Positions 1 through 14,414 are shown, counted from the first letter of the stretch. The stretch is DNA of 64,000 nucleotides from Octopus bimaculoides (GCF_001194135.2 NC_068982.1:154640260-154704259); one strand, 5' to 3'. The notes: a model not told the origin generated them from the sequence alone. Made by a program: numbers and translations.

Positions 1-204
1 AAATGTTCACTTTGTTTATAAGGTGTGAGTGCGATTATTGTAACTTTGTGCTATTAGGTGGTGGTGTGGATTCTATATACCGTTGATCTGTTGTCCACTA
101 ATCCTTTGGGTTAAAGCAACTATGAGTCACAAACGAGTATCAGACTGGACAATACTGGTCTCAAAGACAGCACACATACACATATAATAAGAGAAGTTAC
201 TATG

Positions 205-1010
205 TTTCTTGTATTGTGACTTGTTAGTGATTTTGTAAATCCCAAACTGATCAAATCAATGCTGGTCTGAAAAGATCCAATATCTAATCATACATTCAGT
301 AACTGAACTTTACCTCCAACTTGTGTGTGCACTTGAATAACGAAGATGATATTGGTGAATTTGCTTAACAAGAAGGAAACATGTACATTGAAAAGGACTC
401 CAATGACCAAATTAAATTTTCCTTTGTCCACATTATTCAAACATAATTGATTGCCCACACCCTTCAAGCATTCACAACTGACAAGGTCTTCCCGAATGGC
501 TCTGCAAACGAGTTATCATAACACCAAAATGTCGTTGCACAAGAGATCACCAGAAATCTGCCTAAGATGCTACCCAGGAGAGAAAGCTCACAAAAATCAC
601 CAGACATTAATAATGGTGATGAGAGTAAGTTTGAGAACCTCTCACGTAAAGGTTTTCTCATTGCTAATCTTATCTCTTCGTAGCTGCTTAATCCTTTCAC
701 ATTTTTTTTTTTTTTTTGCATTTTTTTGCATTCCTACTCTCATTGCTAACTGGTAGCTGCCCATTTCCTCCAATGAAAGTAAAATTTTTGCAAACTGAAC
801 TGCTGAGATACCTCTAAGCAGTGCAATTTTATGTTGGTAGAAAAATGAGATTTTTCTCTCTCGTCTCCAAGCAAAAGTTTCTTTGAGTGATGTTCTCAAG
901 TCATCACCACCTGCAAATCATTACAATGACATAAACAAGACTGAGACTCCACCAGCCTGTTACTCTTACCCCTGAGAACATATAAGCTGAAATCAAGGGT
1001 CGCAAATGCC
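205..1010 (+). mobile_element. Degenerate Helitron RepHel (PIF1-type helicase) fragment
   Basis: Broken frames give TDQINAGLKRSNI*SYIQ*LNFTSNLCVHL (from 246; cf. ADEINACLK.S.LW..V..L.LT.NMRV.L) and KVFPN...WLCKRVIITPK (497; cf. WLCERAILAPKN). A degenerate ITMT-NKT and SRV lie near 920-1005 (cf. FAMTINKSQG...SRV). Motifs are in the correct order, with many stops and frameshifts. Confidence 0.7.
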
Positions 1011-2126
1011 GATTTATGGGACATTGTGCCATCATCTCATATTTTCAGTTTAACCTTCTTCGAGAACTCTCCTTATCCAGATATTTCGCCTATATTGCAC
1101 ACAAGATTCTCGTTCTGTTAAAAAAAAGTTACCTGGCAGCTTAAAAACAAAATAAAGAAACCAACCACCTGAAAACAAAATAGCAGCAACTTTCATTGAG
1201 AACAGACGGCCTCAACCCACTTCAGTGAACGAAGTTTTGACAAAATTGCTGTGCTCAAATAGTTTTGGTTCTTGTTCTAAAACCATTAATGAAAACTATT
1301 TCTTATTTCGAGTCAAATGTCACCTAGTGTTTCCTCCTTGCATAACATTTTCCTTTATCTGAAACTAAGAATGACTCACTTTAGTGGACATATTGTTTTA
1401 TTTGTTGGATGTTATTCTTGGTTGTCTAAAGAAGCTCTCAGCTGAGAGTTGCAGTAGTAAATTGTGCAGGAGGTGGTAAAACACCCTGTTTTCGCTTCTT
1501 GCCAGTCATAGTCTGTTTAGTATTTTCAAGAAGGATCAGTGCTTGGTTGTACATAGTAGAATTAAACTCTAAGTATGGGTTTTTTTTTTCACACTTGTTG
1601 TGCTCTATGCACTATTCTTCCCACATACAATCCTGATGAATATGTCAAAGTTAGTGATGATTAGACAGTAAACCGGCACAGAAAATGCAGACTCTCCCGA
1701 AGTATTGCTTTAGTCTGCATCATTTTGCAAGGGACATCTTCTCTGACTAGCTTCATGGTTTGTTGCTCTGACATATCAAAAGACTGTTTTAAGGTACTGA
1801 AATGAGGCTGAACCATGAATATTGGGTAAAAGTTATCTGAGATTTATATACATTCTTTTCAAAATTCCTTATTGTTTTTTTAAACAATCACATCTTCAAA
1901 AAGTGAGCGTGCAGCTTCAAATACCGAGGAAGATAAAAAATACTTTGTTTCACATTCAAATTTTGATATTTTGATATTAAATTATTTATTTAACAAGTTC
2001 TGCCAGTATCTGTAACAATAACCGGAGAAAATCTTATTTCATACAAAATATATGGGCAGTATATAATTGGAATGCTTTCGTTCAAACTTCCCCTTCAAAA
2101 TAATACAGTTTCAAAAACCATGGAAG

Positions 2127-2167
<41 letters not shown>

Positions 2168-2232
2168 TATAGGCTGTATACATATAACCATGTGTGACTG
2201 TTTTTAAGTAATTGATGTGCATAATGTTAAAC

Positions 2233-2277
<45 letters not shown>

Positions 2278-4521
2278 ATTGGTTAATTTGGTCCAAAATA
2301 TCTAATGCTCATCTTTCCACTCACATACACAAGAAAACTTAAAATAATGCTTTTCATTACAGGTGAGTTCGATCAGACCCCACCTGGAGCTAGGCGACAA
2401 CAGCTCTCCCTCTCTCTCTCCCGCCTTCTTTCTCTCCTTCTCTCTCTCTCTCTCTCTCTCTCTCCCTCCTTATTGTTGTTTAGCAGCTTCATGTTACATT
2501 CGATCCAATTGACCTATGGTCAAAAACGTTCCGACTGTTACCATCCAGTCTTTCCAGACCAGTTTCATTTAACTAAAACTAAGTCCTTGTCTTTGTTTCT
2601 TATAAACGGTAGCAATGTGATTTAAGTGAGATTTAGCTGCTGTTTCTAGTGGACTCAAAGATCAAGTAAAGCTATGTTTCTACAAGAGAAAGATTGTGAT
2701 GGGGAGGACACGTTTCAAAGTTTAATAAAATTAAAGTGACTTTAAACGTTTTAAACCTAGCCCGCCCGATGGCGAAGAAAGAAGAATTATAGGGATACAA
2801 ACTATTCTGTGTTGTTTTGAAGCAGACCTGAAGCTGATCCGGAGTAGAGAAGACGTGTCATTCGAGAGATAGCGAATAACGGCGAAAAGAATTTGAATGA
2901 TACAACTGATTGATTGATTGATTAAGAGTAAGATTAATCAAATTAATTTAACAACCGATTAGTAATTTGATAATATAGCTAACCAGCTGATGAATAATAA
3001 AGACGTGAAACTGAACCAGAGCATGTGTTTATCATTGACAAAATGACCCACCCGTAATATAACAAAATTGTTTTCTTTTCTCATTGATAAGGTGGTGTAA
3101 CAAAAAATAAATAAATAAAAATTCAGTTATATTTTTCTCTGGAGCGGGTATTTGTCAGAGAACCTCTGATGTAAATGCCTCCTTAATAATCTCATCTCTT
3201 CTGAATTGTTATCTCTTTAATGCTCTTTATTATCACCACCCATTGATAAGGATAGCTAGAGTTTAAATGATACACATAATAAAAGTATTTCTCTGGTACT
3301 TGCCCCTCAGCTATTATAACTTACGATATCAACAAGTTCATGTGGGAACGTTTCTCTCTCATTTATTTAGGACTTATACTGACGGTGTTGTTCGTTTGCT
3401 TTTTTATTGTTGTTGCTGTTGTTATCGTCGTCGTTCGGTAGTGGGTTATTTAAGCCCAGGTCTGATATCTAAGAGGCATCTCTGTTTGTTTTTTTTTCTT
3501 TTTTCTGCGTTTAACATATGTGTTTCCCTCGACTGTGTTTCCCCACTTTTTTTTCTAAGATGTCAGAGTTGTGATATAAGGGACATTTGGATGCTATTAC
3601 ACACGCTCACACATACACGCACACATACACTCACACACAAATATGTGTGTGTGTGTTTGTGTGTGTTGTGTGTGTATATATTTGTATATATATATATATA
3701 TATATATNNNNNNNNNNNNNNNNNNNNNNNNNNNNNNNNNNNNNNNNNNNNNNNNNNNNNNNNNNNNNNNNNNNNNNNNNNNNNNNNNNNNNNNNNNNNN
3801 NNNNNNNNNNNNNNNNNNNNNNNNNNNNNNNNNNNNNNNNNNNNNNNNNNNNNNNNNNNNNNNNNNNNNNNNNNNNNNNNNNNNNNNNNNNNNNNNNNNN
3901 NNNNNNNNNNNNNNNNNNNNNNNNNNNNNNNNNNNNNNNNNNNNNNNNNNNNNNNNNNNNNNNNNNNNNNNNNNNNNNNNNNNNNNNNNNNNNNNNNNNN
4001 NNNNNNNNNNNNNNNNNNNNNNNNNNNNNNNNNNNNNNNNNNNNNNNNNNNNNNNNNNNNNNNNNNNNNNNNNNNNNNNNNNNNNNNNNNNNNNNNNNNN
4101 NNNNNNNNNNNNNNNNNNNNNNNNNNNNNNNNNNNNNNNNNNNNNNNNNNNNNNNNNNNNNNNNNNNNNNNNNNNNNNNNNNNNNNNNNNNNNNNNNNNN
4201 NNNNNNNNNNNNNNNNNNNNNNNNNNNNNNNNNNNNNNNNNNNNNNNNNNNNNNNNNNNNNNNNNNNNNNNNNNNNNNNNNNNNNNNNNNNNNNNNNNNN
4301 NNNNNNNNNNNNNNNNNNNNNNNNNNNNNNNNNNNNNNNNNNNNNNNNNNNNNNNNNNNNNNNNNNNNNNNNNNNNNNNNNNNNNNNNNNNNNNNNNNNN
4401 NNNNNNNNNNNNNNNNNNNNNNNNNNNNNNNNNNNNNNNNNNNNNNNNNNNNNNNNNNNNNNNNNNNNNNNNNNNNNNNNNNNNNNNATACATATATATA
4501 TATATGTATGTATGTATGTAT

Positions 4522-4579
<58 letters not shown>

Positions 4580-4599
4580 GTGTTTGAGTGTGTTTGTGT

Positions 4600-4795
4600 G
4601 TGCGTGTGTGTCACCACCGCTTGACAAACGGTGTTGGTTTGTTTACACTCCCGTATCTTAGCAGTTTGGCAAAAGACTCCCATAGAGCAAATAGCAGACT
4701 TGGAAATAAATACTAGGGTCGGTTTGTTCGGTCAGATCCTTCAAGGTGGTAGACCGGCATGACCGCAGTCCTATGACTGGAGCAAGCAAAATATA
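4600..4795 (+). mobile_element. SINE family B, 3' half
   Basis: Matches the 3' half of the copy at 14696-15087 (cgcttgacaaacggtgttgg ... ggcatgaccgcagtcctatgactggagcaagcaaaa). Confidence 0.75.
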
Positions 4796-6068
4796 ACAGA
4801 TATATACTGCGAAGCTAGCATATATATCCATACACACATCACAGTAAGACGAAATCGAAAGATAGACCGAAGGAAAAAGCGTTTCGACGGACGATACAAA
4901 AATCATGTGTAAGCCAGGTCCATTCACTAATCTGATTGGCTAGCGGTCACCTTTTCACTTCGCGCATTAATGGATATTTAGTTGATAGAAATGACATAAG
5001 CTTATGTTTAACTGAGTCTGACATGAATTGGGTTAAAAGAAATAGGTCCATGTTATCGGGCGTTTGTAATCCGTCTATTTTCATAAAGCAGCGTTGCTAA
5101 TGCAAAAAGTAATTACACTGTGCAAACTAAATAATAAATGAGTCTAAATAACTTTAAAAATTGCAACAACTTTGCCCATTATTATTTTTTTATTTTTGTC
5201 TTAATTGAAATACTCATGCTTTTCTTTGATGTATTTTGCGGAAGGTTACAAATATGATATGGATGGTACTGCGTCCGTTAGTATATAAAGTCGTTCTGCA
5301 TCTAAATGAGAGGCGAGTCTTCAAGTCTCCGGAACAGATGTTGTATACAACGAGTGTATGTTATATATTTTTTAAGCACAAACATAACTAGTTATAAATA
5401 TACTGTAAAACTACCAATATTCAACTAACTATAAGTAACATTAGCACACTGATACTTACACAAACGTATATATATTTATATATATACACGCGCATATTTA
5501 TTACATAGCTATATTTATATATATGTGTATACATATATATAGTCAGCATCACGTGGTTTTGTAAAGTCGGCTCAGGTAAGTAAAAAAGAAAAAAATTTAT
5601 TTATTTGCAAATTCTTCCATTTTCTGTTGATTCAAAAAACAAAAAAAAAATGAGTGTATATGCATATTGAGATTCACATATAAACAGATATATGCCCACA
5701 GCTACAACATGCCATCCAGTATATATGTATGTGCATGCATGTAAACATAAACATATGGATATATGTTTTACAAATATATGCATACAAATGCATGTGCACA
5801 TAAACGCGCGTGCGCGCACACACGCACGCACAGAGACACACACATACATACATAGCAAAAGCTGACAAAGATGCTCTCATCTTTTTTGAAGCAAGTTCGT
5901 CTTTTGAAAAAACGAAATATATCAACCAGATGGTTAGAATTTTTTGCTTCTATAATATGTAACTGTGTTAGTTCTTATCTCGGCATATCTCACTGCGTGT
6001 TTATATCTCTAGCTGTCTGTCTACGTATCTATCTGCCTGTCTGTCTATCTCTCGGCCTCTCTTTCTCT

Positions 6069-6129
<61 letters not shown>

Positions 6130-7270
6130 NNNNNNNNNNNNNNNNNNNNNNNNNNNNNNNNNNNNNNNNNNNNNNNNNNNNNNNNNNNNNNNNNNNNNNN
6201 NNNNNNNNNNNNNNNNNNNNNNNNNNNNNNNNNNNNNNNNNNNNNATATATATATATATATATATATACAACCAACATATATGTATATAGGGTGAAAGTC
6301 CATATGTTTATCTGAACATTTAACATATGTGAATGATTCTGCATAAAAATATGGATATGTATGGTGCTAAGACCTGTGTTTGCATTGCAAATGTGTGTTT
6401 GCGTGTGCATATACAATTGTATTTTTGCGCATGTATATATATATGCACAACTTCATGTGCACACGATATAGAGAGCGACTTTTGCTTACGTTCAAATGTT
6501 TATTTACTGTGAATATAAAATGTGCGTATAAAGCTCATTCGTGTGTATCGAAAAATATATGCATACACACACGCATATATATATATATGTACACACACTC
6601 ATACATATGCATTCATACAAGCATATAAACATCCATATGTAATCTTTCGTACATGCACAAAGAACACAGATACGCACATACACAGTGTACAAAATATACG
6701 GGAAGTTAGCTGACCCAACTTGACCCGTATCCTACTCCACCACCACCACCACCACCACCACACACACACACACTGTATAAGGCGACGGTGAAAATCGGGA
6801 CTGATTTCCGCCCGGTGGTCCACAGTTTACCAACACTTGGATTCCATTCTTTTCGCCTGACTTGAAGATGTTGAAATATGTATGGTGTGACGTTCGGTTC
6901 TGGGGCGACCAAAATGCTGTGTTCACAAAGACAAACTCTCACATATGGATGATTAGTGTACGGCGCTAACTTTCCATCTGTTTCGATTCTTCGTCACATT
7001 ATCTGGCGAACCTTGATATAAATAACATGTATAGTATACATTAGCATATTATAAACGTATTTTACACATTTACATATTTGTATAAATGTATGTATGTGAG
7101 TACGCTTATATATATATGTATATATATGTTTATGGGTGTGCGTATATGTGTACAAGTATGCTGCTGTATGTATACGTATGTGCGTTTGCATGTGTATATG
7201 CATATATATTTTGTGTGTGTATATAGGTATGAATGTGTATCTACATGCATGCATTTTGTATATATATATA

Positions 7271-7322
<52 letters not shown>

Positions 7323-7814
7323 NNNNNNNNNNNNNNNNNNNNNNNNNNNNNNNNNNNNNNNNNNNNNNNNNNNNNNNNNNNNNNNNNNNNNNNNNNNNNN
7401 NNNNNNNNNNNNNNNNNNNNNNNNNNNNNNNNNNNNNNNNNNNNNNNNNNNNNNNNNNNNNNNNNNNNNNNNNNNNNNNNNNNNNNNNNNNNNNNNNNNN
7501 NNNNNNNNNNNNNNNNNNNNNNNNNNNNNNNNNNNNNNNNNNNNNNNNNNNNNNNNNNNNNNNNNNNNNNNNNNNNNNNNNNNNNNNNNNNNNNNNNNNN
7601 NNNNNNNNNNNNNNNNNNNNNNNNNNNNNNNNNNNNNNNNNNNNNNNNNNNNNNNNNNNNNNNNNNNNNNNNNNNNNNNNNNNNNNNNNNNNNNNNNNNN
7701 NNNNNNNNNNNNNNNNNNNNNNNNNNNNNNNNNNNNNNNNNNNNNNNNNNNNNNNNNNNNNNNNNNNNNNNNNNNNNNNNNNNNNNNNNNNNNNNNNNNN
7801 NNNNNNNNNNNNNN

Positions 7815-7864
<50 letters not shown>

Positions 7865-8252
7865 TTTGTGTATTGGTCAAATGTTTACTACTCGTTTATT
7901 TCCACTTTTCATTCTTCTCGCCTACCACCCCTCTCTCTCTCCCCTTCCGTCAATTCTCTTTTTGATTTTACTTCAGTCAACAACTTGTCAACTATTCTGA
8001 TCGACACAGAGATGAATGATTAGATAGCCTTTATGAGTCTTTTAAACTTAACTGTTCTTTTTTTTTTTTTAAGCTTTCTTTTAATTTTCAAATCCTGTCT
8101 AGATCAACTTTATCTTCCATCTCTCTGAGATCGATAAAATAAAGTACCACAAAGTAGTTTTTGCTTACTTTCATCATCTAACAAACATCTCCTTGCGAAG
8201 ATGTGTGGATCTGTGACAGTGTTAAGTAACTTATGTTTTTAAAGGTAGTAAA

Positions 8253-9630
8253 GGCGACGAACTGGCAGAAACGATAGCACGCCGGCAAAAATGCTTAGCG
8301 GCATTTCGTCCATCTTTATGTGAGTTCATTATTCCGTCGAATATGCCGTCCATTATGCCGTTCATCCTTTTGCGGTCGATAAAATAAGTAGCAGATGAGT
8401 ACTGGGGTCGATATAATCGATTTGCCCTACTCCACCGAAATTGCTGACCTTGTGTCTAAATTTGAAACTAATATAATTAAAGGTGGTAGAGACGGTGAGA
8501 TGGCTGAACCGTGTTAGCTCACCGGTGAAAATGCTTGGTACTTCGTCTGCCGTTACGTTCTGAGTTCAAATTCCGCCGAGGCCAACTTTTTCTTTCATCC
8601 TTTCGGGGTCGACAAATTAAGTACCAACTGAGAATTGGAGTCGATGTAATGTACTAACCCCCATCCATCAACATTTCAGGCGTTGTGTCTATAGTAGAAA
8701 GGATTATTTATCACAAGTGGTACGGTTACAACTGTTGCTGAGTTCAAATGACGTCGAGGCCAAACTTTCCCTTCATCCCTCCGTTGCCTATAAAATCAAA
8801 TACCAATCAAATACTGAGGACCCACTTAATCGACCAACCCCTAATTCCTGGTTTTGTACCAATATTAGAAACAATTATTATTCAATAAAGCTGGTGGGGA
8901 GCAAAATCGGTGCGACTAACAAAATGTCATGTGATATTTAATTATATCTCTCTGCTTCTTGAGTTTAAATCATGTCGAGGGCGGTATGATCTTCTAACTT
9001 TCTCGTGGTTTATAATTTTTAAAATCTTTTGTTCAAATTATCCTGGGGTCGAATATGTTTTCATTATTCCAGCAGGGCGGGCGTGACATCGAGGCAGAAA
9101 GTATTTACAGTAATATACTGAGGTCTATACAATTGGCTATAACCTCGCAGCACTCACTGTTTCAGGCCATATGCCTATGTTAAAAACACGCAGAATCGTT
9201 GGCATGCTGGCCGAATTGCTTAGCAGTATTTCGATTGTCGCTCCGTTGAGTTCAAATTACGCCGAGGTCGACTGTGACTTTCATCTTTCATGGTCGATGA
9301 AATAAGTACCAGTTGAGTACTGGGGTCGATGTAATCGAATATCCCTCTCCCCCAGATTTCAAGCCTTGTGTCTTTAGTAGAAAAGATTATTATTACTATA
9401 AGGCGGCGTTCTGGCAGAACCATTAGCGCGTCGGGCTAAATGCTTAGCGGCATTCGNNNNNNNNNNCTTAGCGGCATTCGTCCATTTTTACGTTCTGAGT
9501 TCATATTCCGCCGAGGTCGACTTTGCCTTTTATCCTCTCGGAATCAATATGTACCAATTAATCGACAAGTACCCTCCCCCAAAATTTCAGGCCTTGTGCC
9601 AATAGGAGAAGATTATCATTTATATTATGC
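8253..9630 (+). mobile_element. Head-to-tail cluster of ~6 copies of tRNA-type SINE family A
   Basis: Unit ggcggcgagctggcagaa..ttagc..tgcttagcggcatttcgtc..ttctgagttcaaattccgccgaggtcgactttgcctttcatcc..ggtcgataaaataagtaccag..ctggggtcgat..ggccttgtg..gattattatt recurs at ~8253, 8491, 8735 (partial), 8950 (partial), 9195 and 9402. B-box-like gagttcaaattcc is present. Confidence 0.88.
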
Positions 9631-11138
9631 AAATACATCTCAATTCTAATAATCATTTTTTTTAGATTTTTCTTTTTAATGTAAATCAAAATTATAATTG
9701 GCTCCGTTTTTCTCAAGTTTTAGCTGCACAAAATTGCGAGTGATTTGTCACACCGTACGTTCTTAAATCAACAATATGTTTGATCGACGAATCAGCGATG
9801 GGGTTTCTACATAGTGGCTCAGACCGCTAGAAATAGCAGTCAAATACCCTATTTTCACCACCTACCCCCTTCTCTACCGTCTTAGAAAGGAACACTTTGG
9901 GTATATATGGTAGTGGTTTGCTCCATGCACATAGGAGAGAAAAAAAGATGATGAGCCTGGCTCGAATGCCTTTGATGTTGATCAGCTTGATAAAGCCCAG
10001 CCTGGTGCTAAACAGCAACATCAACAATATGTTTGCTAGCTGACAACGAACGTTTTACGAAGTCTTCAAATATGGAAAGTATATTGTGGATAACGCTCTT
10101 TCTCTCTGTCCTTNNNNNNNNNNNNNNNNNNNNNNNNNNNNNNNNNNNNNNNNNNNNNNNNNNNNNNNNNNNNNNNNNNNNNNNNNNNNNNNNNNNNNNN
10201 NNNNNNNNNNNNNNNNNNNNNNNNNNNNNNNNNNNNNNNNNNNNNNNNNNNNNNNNNNNNNNNNNNNNNNNNNNNNNNNNNNNNNNNNNNNNNNNNNNNN
10301 NNNNNNNNNNNNNNNNNNNNNNNNNNNNNNNNNNNNNNNNNNNNNNNNNNNNNNNNNNNNNNNNNNNNNNNNNNNNNNNNNNNNNNNNNNNNNNNNNNNN
10401 NNNNNNNNNNNNNNNNNNNNNNNNNNNNNNNNNNNNNNNNNNNNNNNNNNNNNNNNNNNNNNNNNNNNNNNNNNNNNNNNNNNNNNNNNNNNNNNNNNNN
10501 NNNNNNNNNNNNNNNNNNNNNNNNNNNNNNNNNNNNNNNNNNNNNNNNNNNNNNNNNNNNNNNNNNNNNNNNNNNNNNNNNNNNNNGGGGGGGGGGATCC
10601 TGTCGGTGGCATACGTCATTTATATAATTAATAACAACGATGTCAACAGTGGATATAGCGTTCCATATGTTTTACTAACAACATGGCTGTGTGCCGTCAG
10701 CTTAACTTTTATGCTACCCTCCAACACGCCGGTCAGCCGGTCAGTGATTGTTCGATATATAACAACTTCGGCTGGTTACCATTAATTTCAACAATTCCCT
10801 CTCCTCTCCACCTTTATTGATTTCTTTAAAAAATATTTTTTATTAGCTTTATTATAAATCGATTAAAATTTTTGTTCAGTAAATAGTTTTCTTTTCTTTT
10901 TACTGTAAATGTTTTAGCTGTGCTTTTTTTTTATTGTTTTCTTTAATTCTGCTGTTTGCTGATTGTTGCGATAGTAATTAATTAGTGATTAATTAATATT
11001 TATGCAAGTTTAATTTTGTTTTTCCATTCGTCAAAAATACCCAATTAGAAAATGTCTTTTTCTTCAAAAACATCGTGGAGAGACGGAGACAGAAACAGAT
11101 GGACTGAAGAAGAAGAAGAAGCGAGAAAAAGAGTTAGT

Positions 11139-11195
<57 letters not shown>

Positions 11196-12188
11196 AATAG
11201 AGAGAGAGACTGGTTTTGAAATACATTTCTATTCTTACTATAGGCAAAGTATTGGATTGTGAATAATAGTCGATCAATATATAAAAATAGATGTTCTAAA
11301 TCAGCCAATTGAGGCTTGTTCGAGTAATGTTCGTGTGTGTGTGTGTGTGTGTGTGTGAAAAGGTATGCAGGCTTACGCCACTGGAGTGCCTTACCACCCC
11401 CATCACCCCTCGAACTGCAAAATATCACGCTACTGTGGCCGAACGCGATCTTATTACATGAATGGTCGGCCTAATGCAAACATATGCGTCAAATTCTATT
11501 TGGTCTCCCTGTCTGTACACTTATTCATGCTTGTAAATAAACAACTGTTATGTTCTCTCTGGCGTGTTTGTGTATATGTGCGTACGTATATATCATGCAA
11601 TTATGAATAAACTAGTTTCTTGTATATAAATCGTGTGTAGATCTAGAAAGGGTGTGACCATCCCCGTTGACTTCTCAGGCCAAGATCGATGATGTGCCTC
11701 TTTGTTGTTTTTGGACAAACAACTGCGACGAGACGATTACAGATAAACCATGCGCAAGGCGGGAAGGTATTCCAGATGGTTTGCGTAGTATAGAAGAAGG
11801 ATTGGGTATGATGGTTCATGCGATGGTGTGGAAATTAGGTGTGGGTTGCAAGACAGTATATAGGTGATGAGCGGATAAAATGAATAATACCAGTGATACA
11901 CTTCGGTCGATCAATGGTCTTTAATGCTTCTTTACAAATACTTCGCTGCTATGCGGATGTAATAGATTTATATTAATTAAACGTGATTGATTAGACGTTC
12001 GCAATTAATATTTGATTCTTTTTCTTTTTTCTTTTTTTTTTTTGATCAATTTTTTTTTTTTAATCATCAATCGATCACATGTGAAGTTAACTGGAACTTT
12101 TTGTGCGTGCCTCAATTCTTATACCAGACATGCCCATCACTAACAAGTGTCTATATATGCATTTATCTGAATGTGTTCTATACATACA

Positions 12189-12242
<54 letters not shown>

Positions 12243-12688
12243 GGTTTGAATTTTTCTTTGTATATACGTGTGTGTGCGTTTGTATTTCTGTATACATATT
12301 GAATGTGTATGCTTCTGTGTTTGAATACATCTGTGTAAATGCACTGTCTTTCAGTCTTATCTGTATATGAATGCATCTACATATGTATGTCTTTGGATGC
12401 ATCCTTTTGTGTGTTTGCATATTAATGTATTTCTGTCTATGCATAAGGTTATGTTTATGCATGTATTTGACTGCACGTGAATGTATGTACATAAATATAT
12501 CAGTGTATGTGACTCCATGCATCTGTATGTGTATGCATATTAGAAAGCATATATATTTCAGTGTGTGCATGTGTGTATACTAATGTGTGTGTGTGAGAGT
12601 GTGTTTAACGGAAAAGTATTTGGATTTAGCAATGAAGGAGAGTGAAAAAAACCGAGCTATAAACCTTTGATCAACTTTACAACTTTGA

Positions 12689-12745
<57 letters not shown>

Positions 12746-14414
12746 CTTCATATCTTCTGTCCCCCCCCCTGATTTCTGTCAAATTCAGTACGAAATTTAG
12801 TTGTTCACAGAACGTAAAAAGTGTCTCTTACAAAATCTGCAATTCTACCAGACACCCTGCCTTTTAAAATAGCAGCTAAACCTTTCTTAAAGAACACCCT
12901 ATTTTCTTAAAAGCAAAAATAGACACATCCTAAATATGCCTGAATGACAAAAAAATTTTTTGAAATTAAAATGTAAGAAAGCAGCCGGCGGGATGGTCGC
13001 GGTTAGAATGCTTTTATCATGCATGTGTCGATTAAGGCCAACTTAGGATAAAAGCAACTCCTGAGATTCAAAAAGGGGGTTTCAGTAATTGATCCTTACA
13101 ACTTCGGAAAGTTAAAAAGCATTAGTAACAGAAGCATTAGCTCAATATGTTAGCAACGAATTGCAGAGTGCAGCGTATATCACACGGAGAATACAACAAG
13201 TCACATACAGAGTTTTGAAGTTGCCGATTGAGAATGACATTGTCACTTCCATCTCCACTCCCATTATCGTCTCCATCACCCCCACCACCACCAGTGACAC
13301 GGCTAACATCACTGCCGTTGCTACCATCGGCACCATCAGCACCACCACCACCACCACCACCACCACCACTGCTGTCATCACTGCAACTACCGTTCATAGA
13401 ACNNNNNNNNNNNNNNNNNNNNNNNNNNNNNNNNNNNNNNNNNNNNNNNNNNNNNNNNNNNNNNNNNNNNNNNNNNNNNNNNNNNNNNNNNNNNNNNNNN
13501 NNNNNNNNNNNNNNNNNNNNNNNNNNNNNNNNNNNNNNNNNNNNNNNNNNNNNNNNNNNNNNNNNNNNNNNNNNNNNNNNNNNNNNNNNNNNNNNNNNNN
13601 NNNNNNNNNNNNNNNNNNNNNNNNNNNNNNNNNNNNNNNNNNNNNNNNNNNNNNNNNNNNNNNNNNNNNNNNNNNNNNNNNNNNNNNNNNNNNNNNNNNN
13701 NNNNNNNNNNNNNNNNNNNNNNNNNNNNNNNNNNNNNNNNNNNNNNNNNNNNNNNNNNNNNNNNNNNNNNNNNNNNNNNNNNNNNNNNNNNNNNNNNNNN
13801 NNNNNNNNNNNNNNNNNNNNNNNNNNNNNNNNNNNNNNNNNNNNNNNNNNNNNNNNNNNNNNNNNNNNNNNNNNNNNNNNNNNNNNNNNNNNNNNNNNNN
13901 NNNNNNNNNNNNNNNNNNNNNNNNNNNNNNNNNNNNNNNNNNNNNNNNNNNNNNNNNNNNNNNNNNNNNNNNNNNNNNNNNNNNNNNNNNNNNNNNNNNN
14001 NNNNNNNNNNNNNNNNNNNNNNNNNNNNNNNNNNNNNNNNNNNNNNNNNNNNNNNNNNNNNNNNNNNNNNNNNNNNNNNNNNNNNNNNNNNNNNNNNNNN
14101 NNNNNNNNNNNNNNNNNNNNNNNNNNNNNNNNNNNNNNNNNNNNNNNNNNNNNNNNNNNNNNNNNNNNNNNNNNNNNNNNNNNNNNNNNNNNNNNNNNNN
14201 NNNNNNNNNNNNNNNNNNNNNNAACCCACCTTGATGCAGGCCCTGGGTGAGATTGAACCTTGTCCAGAATGTTCAATGTGGTTGTCTCTATCCACAAGAC
14301 TACTGTATAATTAAGAAGTTCAATGAGTGATCCTTGTGGCTAATAAAGATGTCATCATCGTAGATTACAACTTCTATTTATTATTATAGTGGTGGGTCGA
14401 AGTTTAAGATAATA

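Noticed and set aside
8253-9630. Regularly recurring ~200-bp units resembling an array/CRISPR-like structure
   Set aside because: The units are diverged SINE copies with no constant short repeat plus unique spacer pattern, the context is eukaryotic, and there are no cas genes.
13161-13402. Thr-rich/mucin-like or Pro/Gly-rich ORFs
   Set aside because: Derived from decayed (ACC)n/(ATC)n repeats, open in several frames, with no convincing splice context. Similar low-complexity tracts occur at 17300-17470 and 34680-34830.
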